NCBI RefSeq assembly: GCF_006345805.1
Contig: NC_042998.1
Span: 176,018,001-176,082,000 of the forward strand
Direction: 5' to 3'
From: Octopus sinensis
Lineage: Eukaryota
Length of the DNA: 64,000 bases
The notes under the pieces are model-generated. The model searched no databases and was not told the origin of the DNA. It was given only the letters and a program-made list of their open reading frames with translations. Each line of letters opens with the position of its first letter. Positions within the stretch are counted from its first letter, which is position 1. Positions 53,097-64,000 of the stretch are shown in pieces. A program made the translations under genes and the position numbers.

Positions 53097-53154
53097 ATAT
53101 ATATATATATATATATATATCTGTCTATCTGTATATCTATCTACCTATCTATCC

Positions 53155-53230
<76 letters not shown>

Positions 53231-53743
53231 GTCAGTCTGACTGCCAGAGTGTTTTGTCTATCAATGTATGTGTATTTATGTATATATAGGTGTAGTTATG
53301 AGTTTGTTTATTATGGAAAATACAGAACTCGTTAGGGATAACTTATCTGTATTCCAGTTTCATATTCAACAAATGCAATTAACGCACATACTTATAGTCG
53401 TATAAATAATCGTAAACCTATGAATGCTGATATGAATACTAGAATTAAATACTTTTGATAAGAATTGTTATTGTTTCATAATGAATATTTAAACAGATCT
53501 ATAAATAATGTTCGAATTTCACCACCCCACAAAAAAATACAAATAAAGGAGTATTGAATGGAAAGTGCAAAGAGAACAGGAAATGTAGCTGAATGGAACT
53601 TAAAAGAATTCTGCGCTGGAACATAACATTGCCATCTGTAGATATCAAACCGACAAATGATACTACTTTAAATATTCTTCTACTCACAATAATTTTTTTG
53701 CGCTTCCGGTATTAGTTTCTCTATATTTCTCTTTCGTTTGTAG

Positions 53744-53890
53744 AAAGAGAAATATTTTCAGGAAGAGTTCTTGGATGGAATGTATTACCGTTACTATTGG
53801 CAGCTACATGTTTTCGCTTGTGTCATATTCATGACAATAACATCTGGCAATTCCCTTCCACATATTGTTTTAATTGATATTAAGATCTAG
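53744..53890 (+). CDS. Candidate terminal coding exon
   Basis: Strong acceptor tttctctttcgtttgtag|. Two frames stay open for 134-147 nt (KEKYFQEEFLDGMYYRYYWQLHVFACVIF... or REIFSGRVLGWNVLPLLLAATCF...). Confidence 0.3.
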   Translation, partial: KEKYFQEEFLDGMYYRYYWQLHVFACVIFMTITSGNSLPHIVLIDIKI

Positions 53891-54819
53891 TTGGAGGAGG
53901 ACACATTAAAAACTCTTTTAAATTCAAGAATATAAAAAGGGAAGTCTCGGCTGTCTCAGTAAATTACTACAGGACCAAGTCTCAAGATGGTCACTCGACC
54001 CGCTAGAAATAACAACAAATATCCCTCAAGTCACGCTCTACCATCTTCAAGAAAAGAATGGCACATTAGTTAATGTAGTCCTATGAATGAATGAACGACT
54101 AGATGACCACAGCCGGAACGTTTTTTTAATTATAAATACATTCAATTACGAATGACTCGGCACACACAATAAGAATAACTAAAATTGGGACTATAGAGAA
54201 CAAAAATTAGAGAATTACAAATGTAAGAAACACAAATACCGAAAAGTGCGCCTGAGTGGGTTTGAAATCTATAGTTTATTAGAAATATCATTTTCATTTC
54301 TGTGACTTGTAAAATCATGACAGGCGGAAGCGAAGCCTTAAATTGAAAATTGGTATATTACTTTAAATATGATGGCAGCTTAACCAGAGGGATTCAAAGA
54401 TTCTGTATAATCCTAAAAATATACATATATGCCTCTAAAGACTAAACGCCCCTCTACATACGTACACAGTCCAAACTGGTGCGTTTGGCATGAAGCAAAA
54501 CACACAAAAGTTAAAGTGGTAGTTTAAAATGTCTACTGATTGGAAAGCGAGCCATCATTGTATTGGTATATATTTGCAATGGTTATGAATAGATCTGTGC
54601 ATAGAATACAGGGCACTTCTCATAAAATGAAGGCCAATATTGGACTTGAACATCTGATCTAGGAGTATAACTCTTATAACTCTTATAACTTATTCAATCA
54701 GCCATCGGGCCCTTGTGAGCAGTCTCATATATAAGCACAAACTTAAGATGGGAAAAATCAATTTTAGAACTACTTTTTGTAGTAAGGTTTGCAATGCTTC
54801 CAAACACACATACACACAC

Positions 54820-54855
<36 letters not shown>

Positions 54856-54884
54856 ACAGAGCAACATTGCCGTAATCTCTTAAC

Positions 54885-55744
54885 GACATGGCGAGACTAC
54901 AAGAAGGCGTTCGACTCTGTCCTTCACTCATGGATGATAGAATCATTACAACTTGCCAAAGTATCAGCTGCTATAGGGAAAACTGACCACAACATGGTCC
55001 ACACATGGTCCATTTAAAGACTGACCACAACATGGTCCACACAGTTATCACTGACAACTACTAACGCAACACCTATTTTTACAAACAAAATTAAGTTATA
55101 AACAGGCATATTCTAGGGTGATAGTTTCTCTGTAATGTTGTTTTTACTAGTAGTGAATCCCTCGTCAATCCTGTTAACAAAATGCTAAGGCTATATGCTG
55201 GGATATGCAGAAAAAAATAAAATTAATGTCACCCACACATTTTTTGTTGATGACCTTAAGTTATATTCAAGTAATATGATCAACATGAAGAGACAATAAG
55301 AATTAGTCACAACATTCTCACGAGATATAGGACTGAAGTTTGGGTGCGATGAATGCTCATACGTGATATTCAAACTAGGATAGATTACCGATCAGGCAGA
55401 AAACATGTACATTAACGGGTTGTCTACCGCCCCTATCTCGAATGATCAAACAAGGAATACTGGTGGAACACCCCAGTAAAAACATCAGTCCGGTGCAAAC
55501 ATAACAAACCTGACATTGTTCTGTGTGGCAGGGAACAAAAGTCATGCACTGTTGTAGAGGTCAGCCGCCCAGCAGATGTTAATGTAGAAGTCCAGGGAAG
55601 TCCAGGGAAAAGAGAACATTTATGGGGAATTAATGTGGAATTTACAGCTTTTGTATCCTGACTATGGATTCTCATTTGTACCTATCATCATAGGTGCATT
55701 GGGTTATGCACCAACAAATTTGCACAAAAACGTAGAAATTCTTC

Positions 55745-55745
<1 letters not shown>
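54885..55745 (+). pseudogene. Internally deleted RLE-type non-LTR retrotransposon (RT and endonuclease pieces)
   Basis: WRDYKKAFDSVLHSW, TGIF*GDSFS, THTFFVDDLKLYS, EYWWNTPVKTSVRCKHNKPDIVL...VEVSRPAD and FVPIIIGALG. Confidence 0.85.
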
Positions 55746-55777
<32 letters not shown>

Positions 55778-55779
<2 letters not shown>

Positions 55780-56037
55780 AAAAATAAGGGTGTCTGAGAG
55801 ACACGACCATGCCGAAATAGCAGTCAAAACCCTGACTTTAAAAACCACGTTAAATGTTCATATCGTACCATGAGATAAGACAGAGGGACAAAATAGACTA
55901 GCAAAATATTTTTTGCTAGTTTATTTTGTCCCTCTGTCTATCTCATGGTACGATATGAACATTAACGTGGTTTTTAAAGTCAGGGTTTTGACTGCTATTT
56001 CGGCATGGTGGTGTCTCGCAGACACCCTTATTTTTAG
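55778..56037. repeat. 260-bp near-perfect palindrome (spacerless foldback)
   Basis: ctaaaaataagggtgtctg...gcaaaa|tatt|ttttgc...cagacacccttatttttag; the arms differ at only ~5 positions. Confidence 0.95.
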
Positions 56038-56111
56038 TTGTAAAAAATTATCACCTTTGTACGGTATTTTTTCCCATGATGGCCACTGTTAATATCGATA
56101 TTATCCTTATT

Positions 56112-56164
<53 letters not shown>

Positions 56165-56338
56165 ATATATATATATTTAATTAGGGGTTAAAATACCCTC
56201 ATTAAGGGATAAAAATATCCAATGAGTAACTGGTTCATTGCGTAGTATTTTTCGTGAATTGTGTTTTTCATAAAATAATAGGCCTAAATATAAATCTTGG
56301 TTTATAAATATTCAAAAGTAAATTCAGAAAATAGATAT

Positions 56339-57784
56339 GTAGCATTAATATAATCTATTAACGGCAAAGATCCAACATGTTCTCTTACTGCTGTTTCAAT
56401 TTTGCCTAAAGATTAAATTACAATAATTAAATCATTGTATCAGGCAAAATCTCATCAGAAGGGTAGAAAAGATATACCGTTAGGTTATTAGATGTTGTGT
56501 TTTCAAATCATCTCAACAGTCTGAATATTGTTTGGTTGCTAATATTGGTATAAACCTGTACTAGGGGTTATAGGTTGTTTTGGTGGGTAATGGATAATGT
56601 GGATATAACCAAAGTAATAATTAGTTAATAATTAAATGAAGGTTAGATAGTGTTACAGTAAATAATAGTATCATATGAATGCGGGAATAAATAAATGAAT
56701 ACTTTTGTAATTTGTTTATAAAATTGAGAGATGTTAATGTGAAAAATAGATAAAACATATTAATCTTGGTCAAAAAAACATTCATCGTTTAATACAGTAT
56801 ATATATATATATATATACACATATATATATACATACACATATATATATATATATATGTATATATAAAGATATATATATATATATACAAATATATATATAT
56901 ATGTATATATACACACACACACACAATTGTGTATATATATGCACATGTACGTATTCACAGGTATATTCATGTGTATGCATACAAGTAACATATGTATGCA
57001 TATATGTGGATATACATACACATATACACACATAAAACACGTACACAAGCAATGGATACAAATATGTGTGTATAAAGTACGCTCTCAAGAAGATGCTTAT
57101 ATGTACACACACACACACTTGTGCATACACGCATACGCATTCATATACCTACGCGTATACTTACGCACTCATACATATATATATATATTAACAATTATAC
57201 GTAACACATATTTTCGTAAAGCTTTCTACACCCTTATACACATACATGTTACACGTACATATACATATGCATACATATATAATGAAGAATTACATGCTCG
57301 AAATAATACATAAATATGTACATTTACAAACCATAATTCTCTCTCTCCTAACGAAAATGGGTATCGATCAACTAAAGTCAAAACAATTTGATTGTTCGAA
57401 TATTTTAAAATAGAAAGCGTTCTTGTATCATTGAATTAAATAGATCTAACAGAAAACAAAGATAATTTGTTTATAAAGTTGAAAAGACTGTTATGTCCTT
57501 GAAAATGATATTATTTAGGGGATAGTCGCTTGTGACATCGAAAATAGTTTAAAAGGTAAAATTGAATTAATCTTCCAATATTAGCAACAAAAGAATATTC
57601 AGTCTGTTGAGATGATTTGAAAACACAACACCTAATAACCTAACGGTATATCTTTTCTATCCCACTGATGAGATTTTGCTTTATACAATGATTTAATTAT
57701 TGTAATTTAATCTTTAGGCAAAACTGAAACAGCTGTAAGAGAATATGTTGGAATTTTGCAGTTAATAAATTATATTAATGCTAC
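56339..57784. mobile_element. Pair of ~210-bp inverted repeats (56339-56548 and 57575-57784), each with a hammerhead-like motif
   Basis: The arms are reverse complements with scattered substitutions. Each has CUGAUGA, a long stem II and GAAAcagc(a/t)gUA. Confidence 0.7.
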
Positions 57785-57804
57785 GTCTCCATTTTTTGAT
57801 TTTT

Positions 57805-57864
<60 letters not shown>

Positions 57865-57940
57865 GGACTTTTTGAACACTATACAAATATTCCTTTAAAA
57901 AAACTTTTCTTTTAATTTTTCTAAATTGAATTATTCAATC

Positions 57941-57985
57941 GTTACAGTTGAAAAGGTCTCAAAATGACCGAAACCGGTACTGAAA
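57941..57985 (+). ncRNA. Minimal type I hammerhead ribozyme, U3-A8 core variant
   Basis: ttacag-UUGAAAA-ggtc(tcaaaat)gacc-GAAA-ccgg-UA-ctgaaa: stem I of 3 bp plus 2 bp after one mismatch, 4-bp stem II, palindromic stem III. Confidence 0.7.
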
Positions 57986-58055
57986 TGTTCTTTATAAAAT
58001 TATTTTAGCATTTTCTATCTTAACTTGTTTTTTCATACATATATATATATATATA

Positions 58056-58100
<45 letters not shown>

Positions 58101-58679
58101 TCTAAATGATTAATACGGAAGACAGAGTGTACTAGAGGATTTATTTAGGACAATGATCGTTTTTGCTTACTTCTGTTTCCAGTATACTCTGTTTTCCGTA
58201 TTAATCATTTAGAATACACTCAACGTGCACCGAGGAATTTCTTTTCTTCAGTGCATCCAGAATTAAAGTGCATTACCCCGGTTGACACCTGGTAGCTGCA
58301 AGCGGTGAACGTGCTTGACATTTGCATAAGAATTTTTGGATACACATAGTAAATTCTCCTACCTAAACTTTAATTTTACATACATAAAAATATGTATATA
58401 CTTACACATATATACATATATATATATAGATATATAGATATATATATATACATATATACATCTATATATATATATATATATATAAATATATATGTATGTA
58501 TATATATATATATATATATATATACATACATGTATACGTATAAAGATATACATATGTATACATACATATATATATCCATATAAATTCATATATATGCATA
58601 TAAAGACATACATATGTACATATAAAGGCATACCTATGTATATACATATATACACACACATATATATATATATATACAT

Positions 58680-58776
<97 letters not shown>

Positions 58777-58779
58777 TAT

Positions 58780-58822
<43 letters not shown>

Positions 58823-59090
58823 CCGAGAAATGGCGACACATCAGTCAAAAAATCGTAAAAAATAGGTATTTTCATAGAAAAGAAGCACCTTTTACGATGT
58901 AAATAATTTTTGGCTTAACATGGTCCGATTTGAATTTTTTCTTCTATGGAATGAAGAGCAAGACTTCTTCTATCATACTCTCAATTTTGGTCTACTTGCG
59001 CCGCAGAGTCTCGGAGGAGATAGTGTTAGTTGAAAGCTAGCAATCCTGCCACACATACACACACACACACACACACACAGACAGCTTCAG

Positions 59091-59128
<38 letters not shown>

Positions 59129-59702
59129 ATGATGGTGGTGGAGGTGATGATGATGATTATGATTATGATGATGATGATGATGATGATGATGATGTTGGAA
59201 ATGTTCTAGAAAAGGGGAAAAAACTTATCAAACTGTAACTTCATACATCGTTTCCTTTCGAAATGGAACTTATTAAATAGAACATAACTCCTTCTATGTT
59301 ACATCAATTTCAATTTTTTGAAATTTACCAGCCCTTAATTAATTTATTGAATAAATTCCATTAGAGATACCTTATAAATTTTACTAACTGAAATTTTCCA
59401 GAATGCTTAATTGGAGAATTTTTTTGCTCGAAATTATCTTCACGGTAAAAGGTCTCTCACGTCCGAGTGTACAAAAACTTATCAAATACGATTGCACGTG
59501 CATATATTTTATTCAAGAGTAGCTTGCGCGTATCTACTTCCCCCGCATAAACCCACACATACAAACATATGTGTATATATATATTCATACACTCAATTCA
59601 CACTCATTATAACCGCAAACACATGTATATATAACATACATGTGTGTACGTGTGAGTGAGAGTGTTTGTACATGTGTGTGTGTGCACGATGTGTTTGTCT
59701 CT

Positions 59703-59938
59703 AAGGTGGCGAGCTGGCAGAAACATTAACACGCCGGGCAAAATGCGTAGCCGTATTTCGTTTGTCGTTACGTTGTGAGTTCAAATTCCGCCGAGGTCGA
59801 CTTTGCCTTTCATCCTTTCGGGGTCAATAAATAAAGTACCAGTTACGCACTGGGGTCGATGTAATCGACTTAATCCCTTTGTCTGTCCTTGTTTGTCTCC
59901 TCTATGTTTAGCCCCATTGTGGGCAATAAAGAAATAGA
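59703..59938 (+). mobile_element. Full-length SINE family 1
   Basis: Complete head, core and tail ending aataaagaaatag. Confidence 0.92.
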
Positions 59939-60449
59939 TGTGCTTGTTTCTCACCGTTTGACAACTGTTGTAGGTTTTCTCTTTTTCACGAGACCAGTTT
60001 ATGAAGAATCGGATTTAATACAGTCAGTTCGATTTGTTTGAATAAAAATACCCCAAGTCGGTACCGCAGCATGGCCAAAATCCAGTGACTGAAATATGTG
60101 AAAGAATAAAAGAATATTCGATTACTCAATGCATTAGGTGTTGTTTATATTAGTTGGGAGTCAGTTGATGATTCATTCTGCAACTAGTCACAGATTCATG
60201 TCAACTACGTTCAATGAGGCAACATCGACATTTGTCTAAACGCTGCCTGATTGAATGTACGCAGCGTGAAACTGAGCAGCAAAGGAGTGAGTCATCAGCT
60301 AACGCACGCACGCACACATACACACGCACATGCATGCGTACATACATATATACATACATGGACATACCTAACTTCCTGTCTACCTACCTACCTACCTACC
60401 TACATACATACATACATACATACATAATACTTGTAAACAAACCTATATA

Positions 60450-60508
<59 letters not shown>

Positions 60509-60632
60509 ATACTGTATATATGTGTGTGTGTGTGTGCAGTCATTTTTATTTGAAGTTAAACATGAAACAATTTGATATTAGACTGAAGAATCATTCACTG
60601 CTGTATTGTGGACCACATAGTTATTCAAGTAC

Positions 60633-60670
60633 CGTCGAAGTTTCGGCTTTCTCGCCGTCGTCAGACTCAT
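60633..60670 (-). ncRNA. Hammerhead-like core with poor stems I and III
   Basis: gagt-CUGACGA-c-ggc(gagaaa)gcc-GAAAC-uucgacgg. Confidence 0.4.
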
Positions 60671-60753
60671 AACCATGAACAGGCCAAAACTTCAAATGTA
60701 GTGCCAACCATTTCCAAGTAAAATTTTAAATCTGTCTATCTATCTATCTATCC

Positions 60754-60824
<71 letters not shown>

Positions 60825-60892
60825 GATCCATCGATCCATCGATCCATCGATCCATCGATCCATCATCCATCCATCCATCCATCCATCCATCC

Positions 60893-60951
<59 letters not shown>

Positions 60952-61881
60952 GAGGAATACCTGACCCGTCTGTTCGGGACGACTTTCGGGCCAGGGCCCA
61001 TGGACAACTTCCAGAGATCCCTGGCCTGGCAGTGCTACCGAGAAGCGCTACCCGTTCGGGATAAGCTCTACAGACACGGCTCGAGAAGCACGGGGCCGAC
61101 CTGCCCGAGATGCGGTCAGAGCGACGAAACCGTTCTGCACGCACTCGTGCAGTGTCCAACAATTTCCGACCTGTGGGCTTATGTCGAACAACTGCTGTCA
61201 CGTGTGGGACGAGTCGGTTTATCAGCTGAGTCTATCGTCAATATTGTCACGCCTTCCTTCAAACGGGAAGGAAGAGCTATTTTCATCATCCTTGTGGCTA
61301 TGGAGAAAGAATGTATCTGATGGACGCGTCTGAAAGGATTGGAGACAAACACTTTCCTCTCTGGTCAACCTCTCATCAGCTTCTTCAAGTACCACTTGAA
61401 AAGGAAAGTGAGAGTAGAGAGGCAAGTTTTGTCTAGCGAATGTTTTAAAAAAAGATGGGTGAATGTAGCAAGGGTGGCACGTATGAATGACGAAGCCACC
61501 TTGAGCATAATCCTATGAACCCAGAAATTGAAAACAAATGTGGTAACATATAACAATATTGACCAAGGTTACCGTGGTCTTTTTCGTAGGCTTTTCTTAC
61601 CACGGATAAACCTTACTTGCTTTCCCCTTTACACCATACATCATGACACTGTGATACACGATCCCTATTGATCGTTTTTTTTCCTCTCCCCCGTTTTTCT
61701 TCTTTTTTCATTTTTCTTCTCTTTTTTTCCCTTTTTTCTTTTTTTTTTGGTCTTTTTCCCTTTTATGATCCCTTTTGGTCGAAAACCTACGCCACCTTTT
61801 TTTTTTCTCTCCCCCAAAAGAAAAGCTCTACCTTGTAACTTGTCCCATCTGTGTGCAGCCCTGTGTGGCCAATAAAGCAAC

Positions 61882-61882
<1 letters not shown>
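60952..61882 (+). mobile_element. 5'-truncated Tx1/L1-clade LINE (zf-RVT-type C-terminus and 3' UTR) within a (TATC)n tract
   Basis: SLAWQCYREALPVRDKLYRHG...CPRCGQSDETVLHALVQCP...LW; ORF ends ~61519; AATAAA at 61871; (TATC)n on both sides. Confidence 0.85.
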
Positions 61883-61945
<63 letters not shown>

Positions 61946-62171
61946 AAAAGTATTCTAAAATATGCATTTAGGGAATCATGTACCTATCAAAGTAAGTTTG
62001 CTCTTCACACCTACACATACAAGCACACACACACACACACCTATACACGTGTATACTGTCCGTATGGGAAGTATGGATATCGTATCAGACAACCGACTAA
62101 AATGTCGGCAGTTTCCACTTTTAAATACTGAAGTTCTGTGTTAAATACAAATACCTGCATAAGAGACCTCA

Positions 62172-62665
<494 letters not shown>

Positions 62666-63369
62666 AATGCACTTAATGTCACAGAAAACAGGAAGTAGAA
62701 AATCTATGACGTGAATACGTATTACTTCGGCACTTGTTTGCTGTAATATACACTTCAATAGGGCATATCAATGAATGCTACACACTTCCGATCACATAAG
62801 GTAACATACGTGACTCTATTTAACGTAGCGGTGCATTGGATAAATAAACAGTTATACGTTTATGACGACATACCCACATAAACACACGCGCATTCAAATC
62901 CACATAATAAAATGGTGGACTTTTGTGATAAAGTCTTGCAATGTTTCAGTGATTAGCGATTTATAGATCAATGAAAATGTTTCGTATTATAAGACGTAGA
63001 AAACTGCAACATCAAATACTGTAACATGCAGAACATTAAAAAGAAACTTCGTTATTTTTTTGCTACTTATTTTTATTTGCTTGTATACTGAATCTGTTTG
63101 TATACTGAATTCGTAAAACACGCATATAATACATAATTTTTTTTTTTTTTGCACAAGTATCTCATTCTCAAATGTAAGCTGTAACTGTATCAACATTTGT
63201 TTACGTATTTAACTCTCTTCCTTTTCTTTTTTGTTTTCTTTTATATTCTCCACTCTCTACACATCAAATTTTTACCTGTTTAAGTATTCGTATTTTTCAA
63301 AGGTAGTAGAGACTCTTGCCATCTCTGACCTGCGACATTTTTATTAAATGTTCTGCATTTGACGTTGGT

Positions 63370-63740
63370 TTTATACCAGGAAACCTAACTACAGTTTGAG
63401 GAAGACCCCGTTATTTGACTAGCACTATATTTTACCGACTCTGAAAAGGTGAAAGTCAAATGTGAACTCAGAACGTAAAGATCCGGAAGAAATTCAGGCA
63501 AGCATTTTATCCGACGCGCTAAAGTGTTTGCCTGCTAACCGATTTTATAATAATTATTTTTCTAAGGTTAGCAATTTGAGGCGAGGGTGATAATCGATTG
63601 CATTGATTCTAGTATTCAACAGGTACTTATTTTATCGATTCCAAAGGGATGACAAGCATTGAACTCAGAACGGTGAAAGGCTGGAAGAAATTCTCCGAAG
63701 CATTTCTCCCGGCGTATTAACGATTTTGGCAGCTCGCCCT
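63370..63740 (-). mobile_element. Two tandem diverged SINE family 1 copies
   Basis: Two gaactcagaacg cores, each with a head remnant (gcaagcattt...cgacgcgctaa; aagcattt...ggcagctcgcc). Confidence 0.7.
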
Positions 63741-64000
63741 ATTACGAAGGTATTTCACGCTTAAGCAGGAACAAATGTGTAGTGTTCCTGTCTTTCTCAA
63801 AGAAACTTGCAACGCAAGTGAAAGAAACTAGATCGTGAACTTAAAGTAGGAACTTAACTCACCTCTATTGTGCATGCTCATTCTTATGATTACTGATGTT
63901 TAAATAGGGTGTAGGACCAATTTTTGTAAAAGAGGAGAGTCAATAATTGTATTTAATGCAGTACATTATTGTAATGTATTTTCTTGATTCCAGAGGGATA

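Overview
AT-rich, microsatellite-dense eukaryotic genomic DNA. The SINE families resemble those I recognise from Octopus, so a cephalopod origin is inferred but not proven. No intact protein-coding gene can be named, and almost all ORFs in the supplied track are microsatellite translations. The window is mainly retroelement debris: tRNA-type SINEs, R4/Dong-like (RLE), Tx1/L1-like and CR1/Jockey-like LINE fragments, two decayed Tc1/mariner transposases, and a ~6.1 kb array of a 46-bp unit. The most notable signal is a dispersed set of about ten minimal type I hammerhead-ribozyme-like motifs in short Penelope-like (PLE) elements. Two of them (432-473, minus strand; 57945-57982, plus strand) have all three helices and the same U3-A8 core (UUGAAAA) in otherwise unrelated sequence. 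Two loci place hammerhead-like motifs near the outer ends of inverted repeats, and one of these encloses a PLE GIY-YIG remnant. A few candidate host exons and a possible promoter near 1.7-1.9 kb are reported at low confidence. All structures and alignments were done by eye, and coordinates of decayed elements are approximate.
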